In this document: positions 1 to 15,000 of the stretch, in pieces
Position numbering within the stretch: the first letter of the stretch is position 1
Layout: every line of letters begins with the position of its first letter
Origin: Balanoglossus misakiensis
Lineage: Eukaryota > Animalia > Hemichordata
Direction of reading: 5' to 3'
Length of the DNA stretch: 64,000 nucleotides
Assembly: GCA_040954595.2 (NCBI GenBank)
Contig: CM082576.2
Span: 8,683,129-8,747,128, forward strand
Translations under genes and position numbers: made by a program
The notes under the pieces: generated by a model
Told to the model about the DNA's origin: nothing
Databases searched by the model: none
Seen by the model: the letters and a program-made list of their open reading frames with translations, nothing else

Positions 1-3000
1 ACCTCATACTGACAGTTGCCTGATTGATAAAATAACGCATATACTTTACGTCTGCAGAAGTTGTCGCTTGCTTATTACCTGTATCGTCCTCCCATTCTTC
101 CTCGTCGTCAGAATCGTCATCGTCGCCAGCGCAGAGGCCGGTGGCGATGTCCTGCACGTTGCCCTTGATGAACTCGTACATCTCGTACTCGCTCTCGATG
201 CCCTGGGCCTTGGCCTCTTCGCGGGCGTACATGATGACGGCGACGAAGACGGTCGTCAGCACGAAGACCATGACGAAGTTGAAGAAGAAGAAGACGATGG
301 GCGCCAGGACGGGCTGCGGCGCCATCGTCTCGTGGAAGTCGAAGATGCCCAGCCAGACGGCGAGCAGCGTCTCGGCGGCCACGATCAGCGTCCGGTAGTC
401 GTCGACGCTGGAGCCGATCAGCAGGTAGAACAGCTGGGTGAAGGCGAATGAGACGAGGGAGAACATGACGCCGAAGCTGACCAGGCTGCCCGAGGCGCCC
501 CGAATGGTCTTGCCCAGCAGGGCGATGTTGCTGCTGAACCTCAGAATGTGTATGAACTTGAGGAAGGACATGAAGACGACGGCCGATAGCACGTAGAGGA
601 ACAGCTCGTCCCAGGCGGCGATCTCTTGCAAACTGACGAAATCCTCGGAACCTGATTTGGACAACAAAGATGGACGGAAATTGATGAATTCTGATTGGCA
701 AGTGTGAAGATCCAACTGCGAGTGCAATTTATTGGATTTGGCGCTGTGTTACATTGAAAATTCACAAATCTTAATATAGATGATAAAACTACCAAAGTTG
801 GGTTTTTATAGTATGATATGATGATGTCAATAAATTGGAGTCGTTTTCGACTGATTTCAGACCTGAACTTTGCTTGATTTTATGTGAACTGATACTCACC
901 ACTGCCTGCAAGACTCTTTTTTGCCAGAGCAAGGTAAATATTTTTATATATGTGCAAGGCGATTCCAGCTATACACAACGCTGTCTTTGCCATCTGTTGA
1001 ATAAAAAAAAGAAGATATCGAGTGTCTAAATGTGTGTAATAAATAATGGTAAATTTGGAAGGTTCAATCGCATACGTAACATTCTTCTTCTCGCAGTCCA
1101 AGTGAAACCAATGTGTTCAAATATTGACGCCATGGTCATCTCACCTCAACCCAGTTGAAAAAACTCTTGAAATACTGCATTTTCGTTTTCTTGATCTGCA
1201 TAATGGCGTGAACCAGGTAGTAAATCGTAAATCCGATGAAGATCAGCTCACAGAGAAGATTGAAGACTAGGGTAGGTCCGACGTAGTTGTACAGGCGGAG
1301 GACGGCAATCCTTGGGAACACCAAAGTAGCCCCGGTAGCTGGGAACTCCATCAACAACGTCACCATGCTGATAAAGGTAGGAAGGGACACGTGACATTAG
1401 AAAGCTGTGATCTGGGCTGACGTTTTGATGCAGCATTCTCAAATTAAACAGTTTAAGAATGCCCGCGAAATAATATGAAACATTTTCACTTCGGATGAGA
1501 TTTCACGTTGCGTATGATTGAGCTCAGGTACATCGTATAAATGTTGAAAATATTTAAAAGAAATTCCGTGTTGACTTCAAAGGCTTACCTGAAGAGGTTG
1601 ACATTAGCGTTGTACAGTGGGAATTCCAGCAACACAGCCCTGGTGTAATGATCGACCCACCTGGAATCCCAGATTTCCCGCCAAGAGGTTTCAACCTCGC
1701 TTCCACTCGTTCCTGCAACGAGATTGACGGTTATGGAAATTTGTTTTTGTTGTTGCATACAAAACAACTAATTGCAGCGTTCTTCTCTCAGCGGCCATTT
1801 TCTATTTCGAACTTGCTCGAGGTGACCCATGTTCTAACCGAGGACAGGGCCTTGTCATGTGAACAAATCAGGATGCCCTCTCTGAGACCTACCGAGTTCA
1901 GAGACGTAACCACCGCCGGAAAAGGGTCTTCTCACGCCATATATCGGAAGACCGTCCAAGTCCTCGGAGGAATGATATCGCCACATGCTATCGACGGAAG
2001 CACTGTCGTTGGCACCGGCCCAGTACTGGTTGAAGGGTCGCTCGTCCTCTCCGCCAAAGGAATATTCACCGTAGCAGTTGGGTATCAGCGCGGAAAACTG
2101 ACTCAGGACTCTACACAGACCTGGGGATGGTGTCAAAAACGACAAACAGCGTTCAGGTATGGTGTTGGTATTGGCCACAACTTAAAGGGGTTCTAGAACA
2201 GTTACCTCTTGCTCAAATTCAATTAAAAAAACACTACAAGCACAAATAAACACATACACAAACATAGAGTGACGGTTGGGAAATGTCTACGGATAACTGT
2301 CAAGATCAATCAGCTGTTTCGTGCATGTAATAATCATAATATCTTTGTCAAACCAAAACCTTCACCAAGGGAGGCAAAACCAATAATTTTTTTTGGGGGG
2401 GGGGGCGTACCTGGTTTAATTCTTAGGTGTCTCAGTCGCGGGGGACCGACACGAAACGATGACAGATCCGAAATAAACTTCATGTCGGCCACGCTGAGCG
2501 TCTGGTTACCGTCGTACCACAGCGTTGGATATAGTGTTGGTATAACGACATTAGTCATCCATGGTTCAAAGTAGCTAAACCCTCCTTCAAGCTGAGAAAA
2601 TACAAGATGTAAGGAAGGATCTATCTATTTACAATGGATTGAACGATCTTCTATCTTCTAACAATGTCTGACCGTCTGTCTGTTTGTCTTCATGCATGCA
2701 TGCATCTCTCTATCTACATCTTTCCATCCATCCATCCATCCATCCATCCATCCTTCCATCTATGTTATCTCGAAATATGAGAACAAGAAAACACCTGTAC
2801 TCACATTATCAAAATGGTAATTTTGAAAGAGTTGCTGGTCAATGCTCTGGTGTAGATAGTATGCATACTTGTCTCGATTTGCATACGCCAAACTGCATAG
2901 GACGAGCATATATAAGAGATAAATTGTAATCTCTTTGATCAGCGCCATCATCTTTATCTCCTTCTCTCGCTGAACGCGAATTTCTTCCAGTTTGACGGGA

Positions 3001-6000
3001 TCGGCCGGTTGAAACACTGGCCGCATCATCGGTTTGAAGTTGCCTGTGAATTTTGGAAAACATACACGAGAATTTAAGGCGGGAAAGATGATAACACCTG
3101 TTTGAAACACACGTGACATGTCCATTGTGACATCAGTAGAGGTGAGGTGATGCGGGTGTCTCTCACACGTGAACAGGAAACTGCAATTTAAAGCTCATCC
3201 CGTGCATCTGGTCTTCTTTGAAGACTTCAGAACGTCACGCGCCTTGTTAATCGGTACATGTATTTGTATCACGACCATGTTATTGTTGTCGGTCGTTGTA
3301 TTTTAGATTAGCCATACCTTTATACGTCCCGTGTGAGTGTAGATAGTCTTCATCTTCCTGTGGTGTGACGTCCTCTACTTCAACATCGGATTCGTATCGT
3401 TTGAAGATCAGAGCTAACAACACGGCAATGCAAAGTACCTGGGGGAAACGACATGCATAGCATATTGTTGTAGAACTGTCCGAGGATATAGTTTTTCAAA
3501 AGTCGTATGAGAAATTATATTGAGGATACTTCAGAAACTCCTGCTTAGAGAAATTCGAAACTGCTTGTGCGTTCAGGTGACAACAGCAACAAGACATTAA
3601 CAGTTATTGAAGCAGACCGATCCCATCCAACGACCTCACAGTTCACTGAAAAAAATGTTATGAGAAACTCGAATATTCCCAGACCAAGTGTAAAATGCTT
3701 ACTTTCATCGGTTGAATCACCATGACACTCTGGAAGAAGGACATAAAGAAGGAAACAAGCCACTCGACAGATTTGTCGTGGCCCCATTCCATGCTGTACA
3801 AGACGGTGAAGAAAGCAGCCGTCGCCGAGGAGAGGAACGCCACGCAGTATCCGATGTAGACGAACCAGTGTGGGCAGCCCGACGGCTTCTTCTCTGATTT
3901 ATTTTTCTTCTTTTCTGTCTGATCGGCCGTCGAATCGGGCACGGCGCCGTTGTAAGGCGGGGGCCCGCCGTTTTCCGGCATCTTTCCGTTGGCGTTTTCC
4001 CCGGGCCAACCGTTGTTCACCGCTGGAGCAGACGCAGAGTTCTTCTCGGTGGTCGCGTCGTGCGTGGATACTAGCCCCATTCTCGAGGCCCGTCGACTGA
4101 GCGCTCTTTCGTAGTAAGCGTCGCCGTCTTCCATGTTTTTTAAGATTTCGCCGATGTCTTTCTCGGATTCGCTTGCCGGCGTTTCGTAGGCGACACCTGA
4201 GCCCGAGGCTTCGTTCCCGCTTTTTTCCTTGGCCATCGAAGACACGTCTTTACGCCGGCTTTTCCTGAACAGCTGAATCAGCAACACGTTGACCGGAAAT
4301 ACGACCAGACTTCCCATGATTCCAACGTAAATTGATTGCCAGGCAAAAGTAAACGGCCCTAAAAAGCAAACAATTTCGATGTTCGGTCATATTTTTGTAA
4401 TACCTAATATTCGAGACGGTTTGAATGTCTGAAGTCACATGGAATTCTTACCTATTTTGATCATCTGACCGGTGGTTTCTTCATCGTCACCTCTGAACCA
4501 CATGCAGTTGGCGATCATGGTGGTGTAGAGCAAAGACAGACAGCAGGTCAGTCTCTGCACCCGGGTGAAATTACTCCGTGTCGGCCGCGAAAGGAACGAG
4601 AACCAAATATGGCCGTCCGTCAGATCCCTCTTGGCGTGCGACACGAACAGGTGGTTGAAGGCGACCATGTCGGCCTCGCTGGACACCGGCAGCTCGCGGT
4701 GGATTTGACCGTCGTCGTTTTCGACGGCAAGCCATCGTTCACACAAGAAGTAGGTGCTGCAAGGTAATTTTTGATAAGGATGGTTTCATGTTCAGCTGAC
4801 GTATGTTTGAAAGTGCATCACAGTGTTGGCATCAATTCTGAAAAAGTTGCCTCAACAGACAACGTGCTGCACGCTGAAGGATCAACGGGGAGGGAGGGCG
4901 CGTTGTCCACTAACCAAGCCTAGATAGTCGTAATATCCACAGAATATTTGAGGTACTTACGCCTCTTTGGTCTGCACGTCGTGGACGACGATTTTACTGA
5001 GATACCAGGACGCCGCCTGGCCTTTGCCGGAATTGTCGTGCCATACAGTGAGGCTGGCGAGATCGCCGAGCGGCCCGGGAACTGCCATCAGAAAGCTGCA
5101 AATACTCCCGCGCTTGAACACCTGAAATCAGAAATCAACGTTCTCTGTCAAGAAGCTCTCGGGAATAATGAGCCCCGGGGATACATTAATTTTCGACGAT
5201 TGAAGTTCGCCCTTTCACTTATTCTTTTATTCGTTTGTGGGCAGCCGTCACCGCGTCTACCATCTCATGTAAAGAAACGTTATAATTTAGTCTACATCCC
5301 GAGTTAACATTGACGTCGACGTGTATCCGTATGTTTGGCTGTTGGTCTTTTGCGGTATAAACTCAACTGGGTCGACCATCTCAATAATTTCAAGTGACCA
5401 TGTTTTTTTTTGTTATTTCCGTTATGACCATATAGGTTAATAGAAGTTTTTAATATCAAAATTGTTAACTTTCTCGTCATATTGTCTTCACTTATTCTTC
5501 CAACAAATTAGCACTCACCCTTCGCTTCGTGTCTTTGAGTCTCCTGACTTGGGTTTCTCCGCGTTTCCCCCGAAGAATGAGGCGGACTTTCGACCTCGTC
5601 CCAGCGCCGGATTTCAAACCCGTGTACACGGTGATCTGGTAAAGGTATCTGTGCCCCGGCCTGTTGTCTGGCAGTGGTGAAACTCCCCACTGAATGTACG
5701 TAAGAAGAGAGAACGGACTGATAAAGAGACTAGACCAAAACTGACTGTCAAATATGAAGAAAAACAAGGATCTGTTAATTTACCAAAATGAAGGTTAACA
5801 GCGGACATTTTGAAAACTATGTTTGATTTAATAATGTCACACCTTTTCGATGTCCTTTCTGTCTTCCCGCCTTGCCCAGACAACGAGAAGTACGTAAACG
5901 ACAAAGATTACTATGATTGTGGAAAACACCGACGCGTTCTCGCCCAGGTTGGAAAACTTGCTGAACACCGTGCTGAAATCGATTGAGTTAGGCGGTACGA

Positions 6001-9000
6001 AGAAGTCGGAACCGAATGACGTCAGGTGAGTACATTTGCATATGGTCGTTAGAGAGCTTGACTTTGGCGAGACCTGGAAAGAGGATAGAAATTAGGCGAG
6101 GTTTAGCGATTTGCGAAATATATTTTGATTTAACGCAATTTTTTTATATCTTTAAAATGTGTCTTAGTTTTACGTGATGGCATCTCTGGTAGACCGAAAT
6201 CATGGTGACGCCATTGATTACTTACCGAACAACCGTCTCCTTTATATTGTTCTTCCACCTCGTCCCAGTACCTGCATCCCGATGTGAACATTTGCACGGA
6301 AATGTTCAGATCACCTGATTTGCAGACAAAAATACAAGGGGTCGTCAGTAAACTTTTTTTTCGGGTTATAACCAGTTGTCTATATGTAATGGTAGATCTG
6401 ACTGTTTCCTTTGTGAAACAGAGATTCTATTTTAGTAATCTGTTTCATTATGATGCGGCAGTGAATGGAGTATATTACCAATGTGAATAGTATCTGTACC
6501 TTCTATCGCCTGTATTCCTATAAAATAGGACCCAGCTCCGGTGACTAGGTCACTGGGTACGAAAAAAGTAGTCTTCAGTTCCTCCTTGGTGGCGATGTCA
6601 AGGTCACCATCGTTTTCGTACTCGTTGTTCGGTAAATATCCCGACAAATTATAACTCGTCAGGCTGGGGGCGACACCTTTGTTGAACAGTAGCGTGTAGT
6701 TGAGATCATCCCAGTCGGCGCTCGGAAAGACTCGGAAATGAATAGCCGAATAGGCGGTCGGAATCTGCAAAGTACAAGAAAGTGTTGGTTTAATTTGTGA
6801 CGCACAAGTCAAACTCTTTCGCAAAATACGGTAGTACCCAAAATGCGAAAGAAAATAAACTTTGGTTGGTTGTTTTTTTACGTACATGACCTCACGGATT
6901 ACAAATTTTATTCAAAGACCGCCATCAGATGCTTGCGTTAGAATACTTTCCAACGGGTGCACTACACTGGCAGACATTGCACACCCTAACCGATAGTTTA
7001 CTAAACCAGTCAAGTCACAGCACACTACACACAGTTACCTGTACTTCGTAGAAGAACAAAGCCGAGTCGGAGGAATCTGACAACGACGTATTCAAGGGCT
7101 CGGCATCAGGCAAGTCACTGTTCATCGGCAGTCGGATTTCGATGTCTTCGGATAAGCCGGACACTGAGAGTCCACAAAGAAGTCCATTTTACTTACAAGC
7201 ATAATACAACATACGCAAACGACAACAGCACTATTAAGCAAGGGCGTGTTTCTGTTTACATCCTTAGAATTCAGCTTTGATTTGAAAGAAGCACCAGTGT
7301 GATTGTAGCGTTTTAGCCTTATGCATAAGTGTTACTGGAAACTACATCCGGGTTTTATCTCACTACGTGACATGTCAACCGACATATTGAAAGTAATTTC
7401 AGGAAGATTCGTCCCCACTCTTAATGATACGTTTGAGCAATTCCCCCCCCCCCCCCTCAATTCGCTAAAGCAACCCGACGCTTCTCTTAAATAAGTTTAG
7501 AATTGGTTATTCCGAGAAGCCCTTACCGGATATAGCTGAACCACTTTCGTCCTCAAACGACAGTGAGATTACTGGAGAACTGATGTATTGTGACGAATTG
7601 TCCCAGTTGAACGGGTTATTGGTGAAAGAAAGGAACTGAAGAAAATTGAAGCAAAATAGATAAACATGTTATTAGGAACATTGTTTGGAGTGCTGTGCTG
7701 TCCAGCCGTAGCAGTTGCCGACAATAGGTAAAACTTCTGCTGAGAATATGCATGCTTATTTGACAAAACCGAAAGACTTCATTCTCGCTCCAGTGTCCAT
7801 GCTGAAAACCTACCTGAGTGTCGACGTAACTCTCGCCAGATTTGCTGCCCAGAAGTGTTTCCGCTGCTGGTAGCTGGAAATTCCCGGCGTCGGAACTCAG
7901 CGTGGATCCCCCGATGTCCGTCGGCTCGTCCCGCTGCAGTTGTATCGTCAGTGAGGTTGTGTTCATGACGACAGGGGGTTGGCCCGGCACTCGTTTACTT
8001 AGGACGGCCTTGGAGACCGAGTTGACGGTGTTGACCGTGCTCTTGACAACGGATGAACTCTGAAACGGAAAGTGATGATGACTGCATTAACATTCGCCAG
8101 TGAAGGAGGCGGGAGCTACTTAGACTTGTACTGTCAGTGATATAACGGAACGAGGGATAGAATTTGAATAAGCAGGGTCTGAAAAACTTGAACAGAAACT
8201 CACCGTCGATGCTTGTACAGCGCTGTCTGCATCCGTGCTGTCTGTTGCCACGGATAATACATTGCCGATTGCTTCAGTAATGGCTGGAAAATGAATGTAA
8301 ATAACATACAGTGTATAAAAAAATAAACAGAAAGATCAAATAAGTTTACCAGTCGTTCAAGAGTGCTGATTGTTTCGAGTATTGAGATCACAAATGTTGA
8401 AGCGAAAACTTCTTACCAGTTGCAGACGACAAAATTGAACTCTCGGTTTCGTTTGTCATGGTGACGAGAGATCCTGACAGTGACTCCATAGCGACGGCAG
8501 TGTCCACCTGTAAATAGAAGAGTGATCGCTTTGTCAAGTGCTGTGAACCTGAACAAAAAGGAACAGCAGCAAAGAATCTGGTCTCTGTTATCGTGCGAAT
8601 TGGGGTTGGGTCTTGCATTTCTGAATTTTAAAGGCCTGGAGCAAAGTCGTACAATGTCACAGTCACTGCACGCACCTGGCTGTCTTCACTCAACTCGTCC
8701 GGAACTGACGTCATAGCCAGGAGGGCGCTGGCCATTTGCGTAACTTCGTCAACCGATGCCACCGTCTGAGAGACCGTCTTCAAGTTGCTTATGATGGACC
8801 CACGAATCTGTGAAGGAAGAACACGGGTTAGATACAGATGCACGATCATGTTTTATACTGAATTATTTGTGTCCGTGTATGCATCAACGCACGCATCGAT
8901 TTCTAAATTGGCAAGAAATTGAAATCACTGACCTCTTTGCGCTCGTCGAGTTCTTCTTGCGACCTCGGGGTTACCTAAAGACATGGCGAAGAGAATGAAA

Positions 9001-12000
9001 ATCGTAGATGAATAAACAAACAAATAAACGAATAGTAACTATAAAATATGAAGTGCTTTCAGCGAGAAAATTCGACAAAATTGAAGTTCTTTAACGAATG
9101 TCTTGGTTCTTGTGGATATGTGCGAAAGGGACAACTGCTGAAAAGCTCCGTTGAGCAAGATTTTGTAGATGCGGCCATTTTCGACGGAGATCGTGTGTAG
9201 GAGTCCCGTCATGCCACTCACCGAATCCGCGCCATCGTTCAGAACCGATGCGACAGTGATCACCAGAGAGACGGCGCCCTCCTTGTCGCCGCTGTCCAGC
9301 AGCTCCGCCAGTCTGTTGTTGTCGCCCGACGTCAAATTCTTCACGGCCTGCGTCAGATCTTCCTCCCCGAGAGAAAGTGGCTCAACCTGCAAACAACAGA
9401 ACAGATACTCCGCTATATTCTTGGTAGTAAAGGTCGGCCACAGGTAAAGACCACATTTCTATGACCCCCCCTTCCCCCCTCTCTCTGGGTTAGTTTCCTA
9501 ACATCCACTTATTTGTCGAAAGAATTGTCTCAGCGACGTGTTATTCAATTTATCTGATGGTTAAAGTTTCGTGACCCAATCAAACCCAGCAAATTGTTTT
9601 TCTCTCACCGTCACGGTCAACACTTCCGTCGCCTTGGAGTCGTAAAAGTCGACTATATCGACGATGATGTCAACTTCGTAGTCGTAAGCCTCCTTGCCGA
9701 CGGAGAGCGTGAAAGCGGGCGTCGACGCACTTTCGCCGCTGAAAAGCAGAGACTTCAGCGTATCGGGTCCCTTGGGCTTGGAGAAGAACATGTAGCGCAG
9801 CGGCGTGTGCGTGTCGTACCAGTTCTCGCACCGCACGGTAAACTCCGTGTTCAAAGTGTACCCTGGAATCACAGAACAAAAGGCGAACGCGCCTCAAAAA
9901 TCAACGTCTTGAACATTTCCTCATATTTTGCTCAGGCAACTTTAGATTATCCTCTCATCAAGTTGAAGGGTGGGGGGCACCGTGTACATTTTGAACAAGA
10001 GAGCAAAATTGCCTGTAACGCATGTCAATGGAAAATTGTGGTGTATTCTTTCGTAACGGTAACGGTAACGTACCAGTAAGAAGATGCTTTGTGAGTGGGA
10101 GTTGATACACGGGAGAGGAGTATTGAAAAATGGCCAAAAGTCACCGTTTCTTAGGGTTTAACGTAAGTAGATACAAGGATCGATGGTCTTACCTGACTGC
10201 GGCGAGGCGCTACAGTTTCCGCTGGTGGGAGGAGCGTTAGTGACGAATTTCCACGTGTCCCCTCCGTAGCCGGACCTCCCGTCGGTGACGTTGGCGCTCA
10301 GCTTGTACGTGTACCCGTCATTCAATTGACCCCCATTTATGCTAATGAATTGGGACTGGGTTCCTATTAACATTGCAAAACAGAAATAAGAATCTCAGAA
10401 AATTAAATCTTTTTACCCCAACAAAAAGCCAAAACAACGCGAGATATTAATTAATGTTTAGAACTTTTCCTAACAAATTGACGTTTTCACTGGCATTTGA
10501 AATGCGCGAAATAGAGCCTAATTTGCGGCGTCACATACTAGTATAATCTTTATTTCTAGAGGCCACAAAACACATGTAGTCCACGCGGTAGATACGATTT
10601 TCACGTATCAACGGCTATAAGTGGAATCCGAGTCTCCAACCGGGAAGTCAGATGCCACCACTCACCTGTACTCGTGAATCGGCCGCTGATGTCGACATCT
10701 CCGTATGTGCCCAGACCGAGCGTCGACGCCGTGTAGGTCAAGCTCCACGAGTACCGCATTTCGGCGGCTTGGACGCAGTTGTAACAGTAAGCGCGCGCTG
10801 AGACGGAGTAGTCGGCGGTGACGACCTCCTCGCAGTTTGAAAAGCAACTGGTGATACACAAAGAATTAGTCGTGAAAATTAGCCGGGTTGGTCGTGTATG
10901 CTTTTTACACTTTTTAACGTGTATACGTCGAACAACATGGGGATCAAGTGATATAAAAGTAATCAAAATGTCGTCAAAAAGATGTCTCTGGTGAAAATGA
11001 GCTTACCTAATCTCTAAGATGTACTCAGTAGGCGCTGGCTCTTCCGTCGTGGTTTCCAAACTGGAGACATACTGCACGCGTAGAGAAAACCCGCTTGCAC
11101 CAATGGAAGGGTCGGACACGAATCTAACCCACAACTTGTGCGTGTTTGACAACCAGTCGGACGGAACTGTCTCGCCCGTCCCGGTGATCACCGTGCTGGT
11201 CTTGTTGTCCGGGTCGTGCCCCGTTCCGACAACCACGACGTCCCTGTTACGTTCAGTGACGAAGCTGTTGAAATGGGTCGTCAGGTAATCTCCGCTGTGA
11301 GTCGTCAGCAACCAGAGGCAGTCCAGGTTAGGCCCGTAGTCGTTCGGGTATTTCGGGGTCTCGAAGTCCTCATAAGCAATAAGTTCGTCGATGTAGTATC
11401 TTCCGCCACACTCCAGGGCTGCAATAGAGGACAGACAATTGCGCGTTAGGCGGGGTGTCCATTGCCAGGGTTCATTCATAGCGCTCCGGTACCCCCATAG
11501 ACAAATGCGCTGTGCAAGGGAAGGCAAAAGAAAGCGTCGCCGGCAATACAGCTGTCTCAAATTTAAAATTCAATATGGCCGCCAATCTCTATGTTAACTA
11601 TAAGGATGAAATCAGTGAATAAGTCAATTTTATAAAATTTGAAAAATGCGCGCGGTTGTAGAAGCGCGCAAAGCCTGAAAAAAGTTTTGCTTACCTTCTA
11701 CTATCGCGCTCCACCCTTTCTCGCGAACCGATGTGGAGCCCGTCACCCAACGCACCCAGAAGGCATTGCCATCGGTCGTCCAGTCGCGGGGGAGGTCAGC
11801 GGTACCGGAATGGACGAACGCCAGCGAGTTTGCATCGACCGTATTTCCATTACCAACGTAGAGGTTGTCGTTGGTCGACGACCTGAACTCCAGGAAGTAG
11901 ATGGACACGCGCCATCCCACGGGCGCTGTCACGTACCAGTAACAGTCTTCGTTGTTGTTGTACAGAGAGGGGTAGGTCGGTGAAGAGACATTCACAGACA

Positions 12001-15000
12001 CATTCCCCGACATATAATATCTTCCTCCGCACTCGAGTGCTGAAATATTAATAATTATTAAAATATTATACGAAACAGTGGTTACCTGGAAGGTTTCAGT
12101 GAGATACATAGATTGGCCGTGCACCTGTACCGTTTCTAATTCCATGGTGTGATCGCCGTGGATAATTTCATTATTTAATTTCACTCCTTTGGTGATTTGA
12201 TTTCGCCATTTCGTTGGACCTAATTAAACAATATTAGGGAACTGACCAAACTTGGACGCACAACCTTCTGTTTGACCACATCGCCTGATCACTGAATCGA
12301 TTGGTCAGTTTAGGCAACAACACAAGCTGATGCAGTGTTGACACAGGTTTATTGCAACGGCAGGGCCGTGAGCGCAGAATACGCTTGTTGCGCACGGTGT
12401 ATAGTACATGTACCAACCTTCCACGACGAGTTTAAAGCCACCATACACTATAGATTCGTCACTGAACCAGACGGCCCACAACTCATTGCCTTCTACAGTG
12501 AAGTCCAGCGGAAGCGTTTGGCCGGAATGCTCGAAGAAAACACTCGATTCCGAAGCGTTCGTCCCGGATCCGAAGGCGAGGAAGTCGTAGTCCTGTTCAG
12601 TGTCGAAGTCCACGAAGTGCACGGACAGGTAGAGCTCAGGTGTGGTGTTGAAATACAGTTCACAGTAATCGTCGACGCTGTAGGAATCGGGATAGTTCGG
12701 CGTTTCCACGACGACTTTGTCTGCGTGGCCCTTCAGCTCGAAATACAGCCTGCAGTCTGAAGCTAAAACAAACGACAGGACTCCCACTTATTGCTTGTTG
12801 TTGCTGCAAATATCTACGCAACCTTAATGTTATGGTGGCTCACAACATGCTAGAAGTGATTATGGTCGCCCACTGGGTGATGTGATCATTTGCAGCTCAG
12901 AGGTGGTGTGGTGCCGTGTTTTGATCAAATTGTAATCTTTCTTAAGTTCATTTAGGAAAATAAACAGCTTACATGTACCTTCGTTGCAGTCGTCTTCGTC
13001 AGATGAATCGTCACAGTCCACATAATCGTCGCATCGCCAGTTTCCTGGTATGCATTCGCCGTCATCGCACACAAAATCGTCCTCTGGGCATTCAGATGAT
13101 GAAGATGCGTATTTTTCTGCGTATGATGATGCGTATGATGCTGCAAGAGATCACAAGCCCAAGATAGCACCGTTTTCACTTAACTCTGAAAACAACGAAA
13201 ATTTCACAACCGCGATGCCGACAGTCCCTGCTTGGGTTCTTCGCTCTGGTATAGGCTGCACGACATGGCAATTTCGCCGAGGGCGTGTTCTGGAAAGTGT
13301 TAAGTGACGCGGCAAAGCGGGTAACAACAGGGTAACATACTATTTTCTACAAGGACAAGTGGAAAATTAACACCGATAATAGAGGGCTAACTTCAGAACA
13401 TCTTACTTGTCGGGCAGCCATCTTCATCGGAGCCATCATTGCAGTCGACGATGTCGTCACATTCCCAACTCGATCGGATGCATTCCAAGTCACCGCAAAT
13501 GAAATCACTCGCATAACACACTGGGCACTGAGCATCTGCAATAAAAAAAGAAACTAATATTAATATTGGCATTTAAAAAGTAAAAAAAAACATCGTCTTC
13601 TTGTCTATAACTTGGCAACTTTACGCGCCATGATAATACTGAGTTAACTCAACACTTTCCCTTGATAGAGTCAGTTCGCGCGCTTGCTTTCGATGCACAC
13701 GCGTACCCGCGAGCGCCGCTCACCTGGCAACGCTACCACGATGATGGACCAACCGGACGCTGGGCCGGTGCTGTCTGCTTTCCACGTGATCTCAAGGGTG
13801 GAGTTGTGCGACGTCCAGGCATCCGGTATGTTGTTTCCGGTGTACGATCGGACAGCGCTCAGCGCCTGGTAGGACGAGCCTGCGTTGGCAACTTCCAAGA
13901 AGTCGTTGTTGTTCTCCGCGTCGAAGGCGCTGAAGGACACGATGAAGTAATCCGCGTTAGTGTAGAAATACCAAGCGATTGTCTCGTCATTATTGTAGTC
14001 CCGGGGGAAATTCGGCGATCGGAGTTCGACGAGGCTGCCGCAGGCAACACCCATGTCGCAAACACCCCCTGCAAAACAAAGATATTCGGAATATTCAATA
14101 TGATGATAACTCTATAAAAAGTGCCAACAATTTCCCGTTAAACCATCTCCGTTCCTCAAACGGCAAAAGAAGATCACCAGTAATATGTTCATAACACTTA
14201 AAACAAAATGCAAACGGCCATCCTTTTCGGCTTAGTTAACGTTTAACAGGCGTGAAGTCCACAGCGAGAAAGAGATCTTTAACTCACAGGGTACAGAATT
14301 TATGGTGAGATCCCATCCTTTGTCGTTTCCCGACAGATTAGTCGCCCACTTGATCCAGATGGTGTTATTCGCCTTTGACGTCCACAGACTCGGCAGGGTC
14401 GACCCGGAAATTTCCACGTCCGCGGTGGTGTCGTCCCCGTTGCCGATCTCCAAGACGTCGCTTGCTCCCCCCGCGAAGTCGGCGAACTTGATGGTGAAGT
14501 AAGCTCCCGTGGTGTTGATGCGCCATTCCAGTCGGTCGTCGTCTGCGTAGTTGTTCGGGTAATACGGCGACTTCAGCTGGAAGCTACTGCCGCACTCCAC
14601 ATAGTGGTCGCATTTGCCATCTGAAACGAAAATAAGTTATGATGTTACAGCACCTTGGTCACATTCAGACCCACACTACCCCAACCCAACCCAACCCAAA
14701 TATACAAATGAAACAACTATAAATGGGGAAAACGGCGTCGTCACCGAAGTGCTACTGGAATCATAGACCCTAACCCTAACCCTAACCCTAACCCTCTTTC
14801 TCTAGGGTCTATGCTGGAATGCTGCACGGGAATGAGGATAGATCTCCTGGTGTATTGTTTCTGAGTGTGACAGCTTACCTGACACAAGGGAAGTCACAAT
14901 TATGTCCCATCCTTCGTCGACAACAGAGTTGTCCGAAGTCCAGTTCAGCCAAATCGAGTTACCCTGCGAGGTCCAGCTGCTGGGTAACGTCGATCCCGAG

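Noticed and set aside
68-701. Long ORFs 68-451(+) and 117-701(-), and similar overlapping ORFs across GC-rich exons
   Set aside because: These are antisense or off-frame shadows of the polycystin channel exon (79-651), produced by high GC at third codon positions.
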